Part shown: positions 26,111-38,586 of the stretch, piece by piece
Layout of the letters: every line of letters starts with the position of its first letter
How positions within the stretch are numbered: the first letter of the stretch is position 1
DNA from: the human T2T-CHM13v2.0 reference genome, Homo sapiens
DNA length: 64,000 bases
Assembly (NCBI RefSeq): GCF_009914755.1
Contig: NC_060930.1
Strand: one strand, 5' to 3'
Program-made: the position numbers and the translations under genes
The notes under the pieces: generated by a model
The model's input: only the letters and a program-made list of their open reading frames with translations
Told to the model about the DNA's origin: nothing
The model's database searches: none

Positions 26111-26836
26111 AGCCCTCCCCGCCTCCCCCAGGATAAGAGATGGTCCAGGCGGAGGGAGAGAGACCAGGAGGAGCACATCCTCTGATCCAGGAGAAAACAA
26201 AATGTGGAGCATTTCGTTTCTTTCAAAATGAAAAGAGCTGTATTAGGTCCCAGGGGGATCGTGTGTAATCTACAACTGCTGCCTTTATGGAAGAGAAGCA
26301 CACCGATGAGGATGTTTCCACGGCCTTTAACCGCTGCAATGCTAACAGCGGGCTTTGAGAAGGAGCCGCCTGGGAGTCCTGAGATTACAGCACAGAGGCT
26401 GGTGGGGCTGCCCAACCCGGGGAGCACCTGAAGAGGAGACCAGGCCAGACAAGGAGGGAGGGAACCACCCAGATCACACAGCAAGACCAGGACCTGGACC
26501 TTCTTCCTTCACATCCAGGACGTCCCCATCACTGACAGAGGCTGCCTGCCTCCTCCACATGCTCTGCGTGGCTCACACTTCTGCTCTCAGCCTTGGAAAG
26601 CCTGTCCTAGGGTGGGCAGGCTGGCGGTGAACAACACCCCCTCCTCCTCCCAGACGCCCCTCCTGCCATACTGACTGTTCTAGGCACTGTGGACTGAGCT
26701 GCTCTGTATGGGCCAGAGGCCTGAAAGCTCAGCGGGGCCACGTGGAGCTTCCTGCCCATGGAAGCGTCCAAGTGGAAGCAAAATGACCGGCCACGTGGCA
26801 GGAGACGCACTGGCATCGAGCAGGAGGTTTGGCCTG

Positions 26837-27055
26837 CAGTAGGATTTCTCAGCCTCGGCACTGTGGACGCTCTGGGCGGGATAATTCCTGTGGGGGGCCA
26901 TCCTGTGCACCGTACGATACTGAGCAGCACCCCGACCTCTACCCACTGGAGGCCAGCAGCAGCATCCCCCAACTGTGACAACCAAAAATGGCTCCAGAAA
27001 TTGCCAAATATCCCCTTGGGGGGCAAAATCGCCCCCAGATAAGGACCATTGTTCT
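26837..27055. mobile_element. MER20 DNA transposon
   Basis: TTTCTCAGCCTCGGCACT..GGATAATTC..TCCTGTGCA..AGCAGCA..CTACCCACT..GTGACAACCAAAAATG..CTCCAGA.ATTGCCAAAT.TCCCC..GGGGGGCAAAATCGCCCC. Confidence 0.88.
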
Positions 27056-27340
27056 AAAAGTTTCTCTAATGTTCCTGAGAGAAAAAGTACTTGTCAGGCA
27101 AGTCCTGGATTCTGGTCCCAACTCTGCCACTCGCTGTACTGTGTGTGTCTCAAGCTCTCTGAGCCCTGTGTATCCATCTACTAAATGCGGGGAAGAGTGC
27201 ATCACAGGGATGCTGGGGAGGCTAAAGGAGATGTCTGTAAGGGGCCTGGCACTGGTAAGCACCATAGCAGTTATTGTTATGTTGTGTTTATTGTGGCTGG
27301 GGCTGGTATGGAAACTCTCGCTATGTGTGTGTGGTGGGTG

Positions 27341-28930
27341 GGTGGAGGCGTGTTGAATGTGTGATGGGGTAAGAGCTGTGGGGATGGATGAGCCAGGAAG
27401 GCATGAGTCTGAGAGGACCGGGGCTGGGCAGAGGTGGTTCCAGAGCCTGAGTCAGACATGGGGCAGGTGTGGATGTGGGGGGACAGATGTGGTCTTTGCA
27501 GGGACAGGCATGGGCCTGGGGGATCACACTGGGCCTGTAGGCAGACGTAGACCCGGGGGGCAGGTTTGGATGACATGGTAGCCATGGGCCTCTGGACAGG
27601 TATGGGCCAGGGCTAGAAGGCGCCATGGGCCAGGGAGCTCCCTCTGCCTCAGTATGAAGAGAGGACACTGCTGTGTGACTTTGAGCAAGTCCCTCCCCTC
27701 CTCAGGCCTCCGTGTCTTGGGAAGTACCTTGGAGAGGCAGATGTCTGCAGTCCCTCCCAGCTCCATTAATGCTGGATTCTATTGAAGGGAGGGAGGGCAG
27801 GGAAGGAGAGGGCCCAGGGAGCCTTCTCCCCATGGTGAGGACTGCCAGGTCCCTGCCAAATCAGGCCATTAACGAGAACGTCACACCTCACTCTCTGTGA
27901 GGTTCTGGCCAGAGAAGTTCGTTCCTGCCCAGGTGACTGTGGGTTCTGCCCTGAGAGGAGGGGATTCAGGGTGAGGCAGGCCCAACCTCAGCGCCATCCT
28001 GGGGCCTGTCAACCCCAGGCAGACTCTTCAGGAAAGGCCTGTCCTGTAGCCCCGGCAGGGCGGCTCCCAGCCTCTTTCAGCAGCAGACTCTCCACACACC
28101 TTCCACCCCAAAAATGTCTGAGAAGAGAGGAGGGAAGGTCTTGAATCTGGATTCAAATTCTGCTTTGTTGCACGTGGCCTAAAAGAACTCCCAGCCCAAA
28201 CCTCAGAACATAAGAGGCTGTGGGCCAAGGAAGAGAAAAGGAAGGATATGGAAAGAGGCGGAGCAGAAGGGGAAGGAAGCCGAGGAGGGATGGCAGGAGG
28301 AGCAGTCCAGGATGGTGCCGACCACCTGCACCCGCCCAGCCTTACCTCGTACGGACATCCTCTTGGGGAGGATCGTGACAGCACCCTCAGCCACCTCCTC
28401 CAGGTGCAGCACAGGTGCAATCTTGGAGCCCCAGCTGTCAGAGCCCATCCAGAAGAAATGGCCTGTCTGGTTGGCCCTTCGTGCTGCCTCCAGCACACGC
28501 CTGTAGGAACATACACCAGCCCAGCCCAGCCGTGTCTGTCCACGAAACTGCCCCCACTCCTGGCCACACTTGCTTTGGGCCCACGTCCCTCACCCCCAGA
28601 AGCCCAGGGTCCACAACTGTCCCAGCACCGATGCTTTCACCCCAAGCCATGGATTCCCCCTACCCGCTGCCCTCACCTGCTCATAGACCCATGGCTACCG
28701 CCTCATCCAACCTGCCTGCCCCTGGGCCCACGCCTGCTGCAGGCCCAGCGTGATTCTCCAGGCCTACATCTGTCCCTGCAAAGACCACACCTCTCCCCTC
28801 CAGATCCACACCCGCCCCACGTCTGACTCAGGCCCCACAACCACCTCTGCCCAGCCCCGGTCCCCTGAGACGCATGCCTTCCTGGCTCATCCACCCCCAC
28901 ATTCCTTGCCCATTCTCACACGCATCCACC
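27341..28930. repeat. Non-Alu inverted repeat flanking exon 5: arms ~27341-27601 and ~28675-28930
   Basis: Core 27377-27601 vs the reverse complement of 28675-28901 aligns at ~83% by hand; also visible as paralogous peptides on opposite strands in the ORF track (DEPGRH...TGAGQRW...LSQTWG). Confidence 0.93.
28346..28500 (-). CDS. GRM4: mGluR4 coding exon (exon 5, 155 nt; contains M309, D312, K317)
   Basis: Acceptor ttcctacag|G CGT, donor CGA G|gtaagg; [51 protein letters not shown]; phase 2 to 1. Confidence 0.97.
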
Positions 28931-30769
28931 ATCACACAACCGCCGCCCTCACCCCTCTGCACATGCTGCCTTCTGCCCACAGCTCCCTCTTCATTCACCG
29001 CCCTCTGTGCCAAAATTCCAGGTCCTTCAGAGAGCTGCTCCCCACACCCTGAGTGGGAGTGGGTGATGGAGGGAGATGGGTGTGGAGCCAGCTGCCCAGT
29101 GCTCACACACAGCCCAGTCTGCCTGTGATGGTAATATAAATCAAACCAGGGACCCAAGAGCCCAGCCCGGGGCTGAGGAGCCCACAGCAAGCGCTCAGCC
29201 AGGGCTTCATGGAGGCATGAATTAAGTGGCCCCTCAAAGACATCTCAGAGGGGAAAAACAAGGAGGAATGGGCAGAATTCCCCTAACCCAGCTCCCACAA
29301 AAAGAGACTGAGGTAGGGAGGAGGCAAGGAACTTGCTCACAGTCACACAGCAAGTGAGAGGCTGTGATACTACAAACTGTCCAGGCCCTTCCGTTGGTGA
29401 GGACCAGGGCACAGACTCCAGGGCTGGGGGGTGGCTGCTGGGCCTGTGCAGGAGGCGGCCAGCTGGGACTGGAGGGCCTGGGCTTCCAGGGAGAAACAAA
29501 TGTTTCCAGGCCCCAGAGCTTTCACCTGAGCTGGCCTTGTCCATCTCATCCCACCCCACCCTCCATCATCTCCCAACTCCTGAGGCTTTCCAGCTCTGCT
29601 CACTGGTGTAGCCCCCCCGCACCCTAGGTCACCACTAATGGCAGGTAAGGCTGCTCTCAGAACCCACACCCACACCCTATTAATACCCGTCTGCATCCGG
29701 CCAGCCTGAGATGGCCAGAGCTCCCGATCATCCAGCCCTGCAGAGTCACCTGGGTTTATTTTTACTTCTGTTTGCTTCTGAAAATGCGTGTGGATTTCCA
29801 GAAATGACCCCCGCCTCCTACCCCACTTCCCGCAGCCTGCTCTGGAAGTCAGTCTAGCTCCCTTCCAGCCCTCCCCTAGGGGCTTCTTCGCTGGGACAAA
29901 AGGCCAAGTGCTTTCAGTCCCCCTCCCAGAATGTGGGTCCATCTGAGCTGAAGGTGTCCTCAAAAACAGCAGGCCTGGAGTGAGGCACATAGCTGGGTGG
30001 GGTGTGGGAGCCTAATCTTACCAGGCTTTGGGATGGGAGTAGGGGGCAGGAAGTCAGGGAGTGGGGCCCGGTGGCTCAGAAGCTTCCCCAGGAGCTGGCT
30101 GAGCGGTGGCCATCATACACGTTCAGAGCCAGAACTCAGGGGACCTGCACACCTCAAGGGACTGGGTGCCGCCTCTGTGCAGCTCTGAGGGTGTCAGGAT
30201 GGGGCTTGAGGGCCTCCCCTCCCTGGCCTTTCGCTGCCTGAGACAACCATTGCAGTTTGTCCTTTTGGCTTTTGAGGCCGTGATGATCTTCCAGAAGCCC
30301 TCCTCCATCCCTCCAGGGACCCACCAATGGCCTGGGAGGGTATCTGTTTTGCAGCAACTCTGGAGTCCAGGTTAGAACATGAGAAATGGCTTGGGAGCAC
30401 TGGTGAGGAATAGGAGGAAGCCTCCTGGGAAGGACTGGGTACACGGAGCAGCCTTGGCTGGTCCAGTGAGGGGGAGTCTGAGGGCACAGCAGGCTCTGCC
30501 AGCCCGGGCCAGATATCTGAGGAGACCTGGCAGGGGCCACATCTGCTCTCAGCCTCCTCTCTGAAGGAGAGGTGACCAGCAGGGACTAGAGGGCCCTGCC
30601 AGATTCTAGGCAGGGCTGTATCTCCCCTTATCCTGGGGCTCCCTGAGGACAGAGCTGTGTCTCCCCTCAGGTTGGGCTCTCTGAGCCTAAGCCAAGACTA
30701 GAACCAAACACAGCCCAGAGCTCTTCTCTGTACTCTGAGCTCACCACAGAAAGGAGGGAGGGGCTGAGG

Positions 30770-30990
30770 TGGCCCACATTTACTGGGTGCCTATTTCATG
30801 CCAGACCTTACTCTAAGCCTTTTATGCACATTCCTGCATTGAATTCTCAAACACTATCAGGCAGGTATCATTAACTCATTTGTTTTTTAGCAGCAGAGGC
30901 CCAGAGAGGTTAAGAAATTCACCTGGGGTCACACAGCTAGTAGGTGGGAGAACAGCATTAGAACCTAAGTGGTCCGGCCCCAAGCTCACG
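30770..30990 (-). mobile_element. MIR SINE
   Basis: CATTTACTGGGTGCCTA..TGCCAG..GAGGCCCAGAGAGGTTAAG..GTCACACAGCTAGT. Confidence 0.7.
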
Positions 30991-31264
30991 GCCTCAGCCC
31001 TCTGTTAAAGCACCCAGGTAGCCATCCCTAGCAGGTGGAATGGATGCAGGAAATGGAGAGGGGAGGGAAGGAGTGCCCCATAGCAGTAGCTTGTGCTCTA
31101 GCCTGTGGGTCTCCCTGCCCACATACCCACTCACCAGCACCCACCTCTCTGGATCCCAGGGTGGGGTCAGGCTCGCCTGGGAAGGTCTCCAGCAGGACAG
31201 GACCCGTGGCTTTGCCCACACCTGCATGGCTCCCGGTGCCCACCCTGCTGCCACCTGCCCTCAC

Positions 31265-31400
31265 CTGATGTCATCCTCGTTGGCAAAGATGATGACTGCC
31301 CTGGCGTTCGAAGTCTCCAGGAGGCGGCGGATGATCTTGTCGAACTCGCCTGCCTTGGGCTCCCGTGGTATCTTCACCGACTGGGCGATGCACACGCCCC
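31265..31400 (-). CDS. GRM4: mGluR4 coding exon (exon 4, 136 nt)
   Basis: Acceptor cctgcag|GG GGC, donor ATC AG|gtgagg; [46 protein letters not shown]; phase 1 to 2. Confidence 0.97.
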
Positions 31401-31659
31401 CTGCAGGAGGGGCACCAGTTAGTTGGGGTGGGCAGGGGAACCTGAGTCTCCCCACCACTCTCCCAACATACACTCCGGGAGATGGGGGCTGGGTGCTGCC
31501 CAGGCTCCCCAGCCTGACTCCCAGCCCTGGGATCCCAGCCTCTGGATATGGGCTGTGCAGTCAGGACAGCTTCAGTGCCAGTCTTGGCTCCACTTACCAG
31601 CTGGTGACCCTGGATATGTCACTTAAGTACTCTGAGCCTCAGTTTCCCCATATAGCAGC

Positions 31660-31890
31660 TAGAAGCAGCACGGCATCATGCTTAGGAGCTAGACTGCCTG
31701 GGTTCAAATCTCAGCTCTGCCACTTACTGCTGTGTGACCTTAGGTCAGTTACTGGACCTCTCTGTGATGAACATACATCACCTATAAAGTGGAAATAATG
31801 GTATTACCTATTTCATAGAACTGTTATAAAACAAGTGAGGTAATGCATATAAAGACAACATCCGGTACCTAGTGCTTAGTAAATGTTGAT
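31660..31890 (+). mobile_element. MIR SINE
   Basis: AGACTGCCTGGGTTCAAATCTCAGCTCTGCCACTTACTGCTGTGTGACCTT. Confidence 0.8.
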
Positions 31891-33599
31891 AATTTTTATT
31901 GTAACCCGCTCACAATGTTTCTTGGAGGGTTAAAGCTGGGAATAGAGCCCACCCTGAGGCATCAGTCCCTGCTACACCCATATCCATGTGCTTCTCAGGG
32001 CTCCTGTCCCTGGGCCCCATGCCCATCACCAGGCCCTTGGTAGGAGCAGCGTGCATGGCCACTGGCTGGAACCATCAGGAGAGGGTCAGTACTTGATGTT
32101 GTCAGGATTCACGACCAGGCTGGGTGGCCATCAGAGACCCTGGGAGCACTTTGTCCCAGCCATCCCCAGCCCCAGATGTGCCTCTCAAGTGCTGGCAGGG
32201 GACAGATGTCATTCACGTATTTAAATCTCACCCGACCTCGTGGTACAGAGCATCTGTGGGCCATGCTTGTGTCAGCCACTGCCTTTGACGGATGAGGAAA
32301 CTGAAGCTCAGAGAAGAGAAGTGGCTTACCCAAAGCCACACAGTTACCTGCCCTACTGGAGTCCAGGAGCTGGAGACCCCCAGAGAATAAGACCCCAGAA
32401 GCCCCTGGTGGCAGTCGATGGAAAAGCATGAGGGATTAATCTTGAAGCCGGTCTTGGTATCTAAGGGCTGCCCTCCTCTGGGTCCCACTCAACTCAACAC
32501 AATGCCTCAAACCAAACACCTAGGCTGGGCACCGCTGGGCTTCCAAATGACCTGGAGGTCCAGGCTGGGGCCACCTGAGCCTTCTACACAGACTTGCCCC
32601 ATTACATCAGAAAACTCTGGGTGGAGCTGCCAGGGGCTCAGAGTGCCGGGGACACGACTACCACCAGCCCCACAGGGCAGTGCCAGCACCCAGCTCCACC
32701 CATGGAGGGGTCCCTACCTGTGGGCAGGGAGATGGCCGCCAGGGAAGGCTGCCCAAAGGCAGTGACACTGGGCTGAGTCCTCAGAGGATGCAAGTGGCCA
32801 GGCGGCAGGCATTCTGGAGAGAACAGGGTACGCTCTGGAAGGAGTGGCTGCTCTGTGCCAGGCACCCTGCTGGCCTGGGGCCACAGGACACAACACACAC
32901 ACACGCATGCACACACACGCACATGTGCGTGCACACACACACACAGCTCCTCAGGTCTCTCCTAAGACACCAAGAAGTCCCAAGTGCTAGAGAAGAGCAT
33001 GTTTACTAGGAGCTCATGGGGAGGGGGGAGAAGGAGCAAGGTGCTTGGGCAGGACTGGGGCCCCTGTCAGTCTGGGGTCACAGAGGGAGCCAAGGGAGGT
33101 AGCCACTGGCTGCACCACTGGCCGGGCCGGCTCTCAGTTCCCAGCTAAACCCTCCATATGGTTTCTTTCCACTTAGAAAGTGGGCCAATTGCGACATTCC
33201 TCCCCCCATCTGGGGAGACAGATGGACAGAGGAAGAGGCTGGACTGGGAGGAGAGGGAAGGGAAGGATGAGCCACCTAGCTCCAGGAGCGGGAAGGAAGG
33301 CAGGAGAAGGGAGTTAATTGCTCTCAAACAGGGAGAAACTGTTAGGTTAAGTCATATTTCTGAGATGCTCCTCTAAGAGGATCCGCGTGATGGTCTTGCC
33401 TGGCACCTCAGGGCATATCTTGCAAGCTTCGTTTTGCTGGTGAAGGAAGGATTAGGTGACCACGGCTCAGTCAGCGGGAGTGTGAGTGAGCCACAAGCAA
33501 CTTGAGATGCAAGTGCAGTCTGAGGAGGGTTTGATATTCTTGCAACTGCAAGAGATTCAGACCAGAAGGGAGTGCGGGGGGCGGGGGTGTGCAGAGCTC

Positions 33600-33820
33600 C
33601 GTAATACTAATGAACATTTATGGAGTGTCCAATGCATGGGAAATGCTATTCTGCAAATTTTACATGGATTCACTCATCTGAGGCCAGTGTAATCACCATA
33701 TCTCCAATTTATAAATGAAGAAATTGAGGCACAGAGAGGTTAAGTAGCTTCCCCAGGATCACAAAGATAGTCAGGGGAAGAGGTGGGGTTTGAACTTGGG
33801 CCATCTGGCTCCAGCGGCCA
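33600..33820 (-). mobile_element. MIR SINE
   Basis: AATGAAGAAATTGAGGCACAGAGAGGTTAAGTAGCTTCCCCAGGATCACA..GGGTTTGAAC. Confidence 0.8.
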
Positions 33821-35619
33821 CCTTTCATCCAGTCATGTAGTGAATGGATAGGATTGTGGAGTTGAGGGGGCTTGTGGGCCCATGGGCATGATGGGGCATG
33901 GTGCCCATGCTGGGGTGAGTGCCCACTGGTGTTGCTGCCCCCAGGATGAGAAACCAAGTGCCCGTGGGTTCCCTCTGTTTCACAGCCCTATTGTCAGCAT
34001 GTCCGCTCAGGGGAGTGGGTAAAGGAACTGGCTCACAAGCCAGGCCCTCTCCTGGGATGACACAAGCTCCTGGCAGTGGCACAATCTCTGCCTCAACTGC
34101 TCTCTTGGTGCCTGCTGCAGCCAGAGAAGACCAGAGCGGCCCGAGAGGCCACTGAGCACCCCCTGCATGCCTGGCACCATGCGAGGCCCAGTCTCAATGA
34201 ATCCTTACACATTAGCCGGTGCTAATATCCCCATCTCACAGATGAGGAAACTGAGGCTCAGGTTGCTAAATAGCCTAACCAAGGTCACACAGCCAGTCAG
34301 TGGGACTGCAATCCTGGTCTGTGTCCAGAGCCTCCCTGAGGCGGAGAGGCCCCCATTTCCTGCAGCCGCTCCTGGACAGTTCCCTTTCCTTGCAAAGCAA
34401 TGACTCCGCAGCAGCCACTGAGAATAAAGGGGCAGTGTTTCATGTGCCGGAGCCTCTTCTGCAGCCCCTGTTGTTTAGGTGGGTTCATGTACATGTGTGC
34501 ACACATGTGTCCACACACAGTCACAGAATGCACGCACTGGCACAGATCAACATCCACCATCACCACAGCCCACCCTGTGCATTCCAGGCCACGCTGCTAC
34601 AGACCCAAAGTCACACCAAGCCCACCAGCCATCCCTGTGCCCAGCCCCTGGGCCACACGACTAACACTCCCGCAGACGCCTGCTTCTAACCTCTCCCCTA
34701 GGGAGGGGCACGCCTCCTCACCCTGTGCCCCAAGTCTCTCTCGTTGAATAAAGTAAGAATCCATGGTCCATACTGAGAGTAGATAGAATCAAATGAAAGC
34801 CCACAAAGCCCTCAGGGAACAAGCCCACTCCGTATCTCAGGGCAGAGGCTGGAGCCCTCCACTCCCCAGGCTCCAGGCACAGGACCATACGGGGAGGGGG
34901 ACACACATGAAGAAGTCTGGGGGTCCCCATGGCCTCCTTGGCTTTCCTGGGTCTCCCTTGGCAAGCCCCTGCCCAGCCTCCTGCCAGGACCCCAGCCGCC
35001 CAGGCTCCTGACAAACACCCGAATGCCACTTGCCAGCTGCAAGCTCTGCCATCCCGGCCAAGCTGGTGCGTCTGCTCGCCGGCCAGGGGCAGGAAGCCAC
35101 AGCCTCTTGCCAAGAAAATCTGAGCATATCAAGTCCGTGGGGACCTTGGAGACCTCCTGGCCCAAGTTGGATGGAGAGTGAGGAGACAGAGGCCAGAGAG
35201 GCCTTGCCCAGGGGCACACAGTAGCAGGAGCAGAGCCACCTTCAGACGAGGCTCTCACCACTGCGCTGGGAAGTTTGGGATCCAGGCCAGCCCCTGACTG
35301 CTTTCCAGCAGGAACCGCTATCTCTCCCAGCTCTGCGCCTCCTCCCCAGCCCGCCCAGGTTCCACACCTCCCCTCCTCCCTGGGCTACCCCACCCATCAA
35401 AACCGACTTATGCTTGGCCCCATCCCTCGGGGCCCGCCTTTACTACAAGACAGCTGGACACCTGATCAAGGCGTGTCCATTGGAACCCTCTGCAGAACCA
35501 CACGGCAGCGTCTAGTAAAGCTGAACGTGCCGGCTGCCTCCAAGCCAGTGCTTCCCCGTCCACACTCGTCCCCAGGGAAACCCCGGCACGTGGGCACAGG
35601 AGACCCACACAGAGTCGCT

Positions 35620-36170
35620 CAACACAGCACTGTCTGAAACTGCAAAAAAATGGAAACAACCTAAATGTTTTACAACAGAAGAATGAATAAACTGTGGTGT
35701 GTTTGCCCAATGGGATATTATGGAGTTAAGATGAATAACAGTTCTCATGTGTCAACATGACAAATCCTGAAATCATAAAATTGATGGACAAAAGCAAGTT
35801 GCAGCAGGATTTAGATTTTATGTAAAATCTAAAGACCACATACAATATTTATGAAGATGCATATATATGTACTATACATATATGAGTGAAGGCTGCATGA
35901 GGGCGGGAGACTTTGTCCGTTGTTTTCATCACACTCTTCCCCAGTGCCTAGAACACTGCCTGGCCCATAGTAGGTGCTCTCAAGTGTTCGCTGAGTGACT
36001 AAACAAGGACAGGAAGGGAACCTGCCACCTCTCAGAATCATGGTTACCTCAAGGGAGAAGAGAGGAACAGGACTGAAGAAGGTTCCGACTCAATCCATGT
36101 TTTATTTCTTTAAAAAAATAATCAGAATCAAGCAGATGTGGCAACATGGGACTACTCAGCAAATCTGGGC
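35620..36170 (+). mobile_element. Old L1 (L1M-type) 3' fragment interrupted by an L2 tail (~35885-36005)
   Basis: AAAATGGAAACAACCTAAATG..AGAATGAATAAACTGTGG; the insert ends CCCAGTGCCTAGAACACTGCCTGGCCCATAGTAGGTGCTC. Confidence 0.7.
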
Positions 36171-36698
36171 CACAGAACCCCAGCTGGACAAAACTTTTAG
36201 ATATGGGTGACAGCAAGGGTGCCGCGGTCCTCACGTGGTGCCGCCTGACAGAGAACACAGCAGGGCACACCAGAGCCTCCTTGTGTTCATCTGTGAAATG
36301 GGCTGCATAGCCGCAGCTAGCCCAGGGGCTTCCATAGGGAAGCTGCCTGCCTTCCTCCACCTTCCTCCATGCCCACCTGCCTGGGGCTGCCCCTGTCCTC
36401 CCAGCCGTGTGGTTCCTGAAATCCCATCGTCCCGTGAGAGCAGGCTCTCACCTGGCCAGCCCTCCGCTGGTGTGAGCTGGAACCGTCACCACCCCAGGCT
36501 TCAGGCATCCCCACGTGAACATGACATAGACACTTCGTGGATGAAACTTGGTATCAGTTTCCTGTCGTATTTTTCAGTCTCTCCGTCCTTTCCATCTGTG
36601 GTCTGGTGACCTTTCCTGGTGGTCTCCAGGCCCAGCTGACATAACTGTGTCAATGTCCACCTCCCGCTGCACTTCCCAAGGTCAGGGTCAGGTCTATG

Positions 36699-37012
36699 TC
36701 CTTTCTTCCTTTCTTCCTCTCTTCCTTCCTCCTTCCTTCGCTCCCTCCCTCCGTCCTTCCCTCCCTCCCTCCGTCCTTCCCTCCCTCCCTCCGTCCTTCC
36801 CTCCCTCCGTCCTTCCTTCCCTCCCTCCCTCCGTCCTTCCCTCCCTCCCTCTCTTCCTTCCTTTCTTCCTTCTTTCCTTCCTTCCTCCATCCCTCCCTCC
36901 CTTTCTTCCTCCCTCCCTCTGTCCCTTCCTCCCTTCCTTCCTCTCTCCCTCCTTTCCTCCCTCCCTTTCTTCCTCCCTTCATGCCTTCCTCCCTCCCTTC
37001 CTCCTTCCTTCC
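36699..37012. repeat. (CCTT/CCCT)n polypyrimidine repeat with CCCTCCCTCCGTCCTT sub-repeats
   Basis: Directly visible. Confidence 0.95.
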
Positions 37013-38535
37013 ACTGCCCTGCTCAGTTCCTGGTATAGTCAGTCCCTAAGAAATGATATTGAGTAAGACTCCTTCCTCAGGAGCTCTCAGTCTAGCTGGG
37101 GAAGCAAGACCAGAAGGAAAAGCCATCATCCTGAGCAGAAGCACAAGGAGACAGTGCTCCGGGTCAGCCTGAGCATGCAGGTGGCAGAGGAAGGGCCCCC
37201 TGGAGCCACACCCCCACCGCACAACCCCTAAGCACCATTCTTCAGCAGCCCACATTTACTGAGCATCTGCAGGCACATCTTCAGGGAAGTACAGGCCCCT
37301 CTCACATCACCTGCCTGCCTGCTGCCACCACTTTCCCTTCGTGGAGCCCGCAGACGTGTACTGAGCGCCTCCTATGTGCCAGGCATGGCGTGAGACACTG
37401 GGATGCAGCCATGCAGAGGACAGAAGCCCGGCGCCATGCAGCCTGCGTCCCAGGGTGGGAAGGAACCGTAAACATCCTGGAATCGGTGCAGAGGAGGACA
37501 GCAGCAGCATGACGTGCTGGAGGGAGACGGGGGGGCTGCATCCCCTCAGCCCACCTGGATTCACCCTGGAGAACAGGGAGGCTTGGGCTGGGCCACGCAG
37601 CTGGAGAGGCAGAGGCTGGATCTGAACTCGGGTCTGACTGTTCTCTAGGAGCTGCTGCCTTGCCCGAGACCCCAGGAATTGAGAACACTCTGGACTTGTA
37701 AATCCCACTTACCTTCAAGTGAGGCGGGACGTGCTGCTAAATGAATTCATATTTCTGTCCTGCACGACCTGGGGTTGTCTGAGCCTGAGGTGAGCTTAGG
37801 TTTACAGGAGGTCTGACCGTGGCAGGACCCTCTGAGCCCCCACTGTGCCTGGGATGCTCTCCTTGCAGCACTTCCCCATCCTCCCTGGCATGGCTCTCCC
37901 CACCCCACCTGTCTCAAAAAGTCCCCCCTCCATCCTGCAAGGCCAGCCCTCCAGCAGCCTCCAGATCACCTGCCTTCAAAGACCCATCCCCCCGCACCAC
38001 CACTTGTGGGATGTGCCTATCTCATGCAGTCAGCCTGGGTGGGCTGAAAGGAAAGGCCTCCCATAAGAGGAGCCGGCTTGTGCCCTGCCTCACCCACTCC
38101 CTGCTGTGGGGAGACAGTCAGGGGTCCCCCAGGCTGTCACCTTGGACACTGGGCTCCAGACAAGGAAGGAGAAAAATCCTCCTCCAGACCCCTGAGCCAG
38201 CTCCCTCTGGTGGTCTCCAGGCCCGGCCTCTCGGGGCCCAGCCAGCTGGTCCTGAGGCCAGCAGAGACATAGGCACATCCTCGCTTTCTCCCTTCCTTTA
38301 AAAAGAATTTTTTTTTAATTTAAAAAGAGAGGAAAATAATGAAAAGACAAACCCTAGGAATTCAAGTGGAAAAATCTACCTTATGGCAAAATGTGAAGGC
38401 AGCAATTTCCAGTGGGGTAGGGGGTGGGGAGTTACACACAGGGACAGGGGCAGGAGAGCAGGTCCCCCCGGCTCCCATAGGGGAGGACAGAGGGGAGGAC
38501 AGGGGCTGGAAGCTACCCCTGGACCCTCATGGGCG

Positions 38536-38538
<3 letters not shown>

Positions 38539-38585
<47 letters not shown>

Positions 38586-38586
38586 C
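38539..38586. repeat. (CA)n microsatellite
   Basis: About 20 perfect CA units plus an interruption. Confidence 0.95.
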
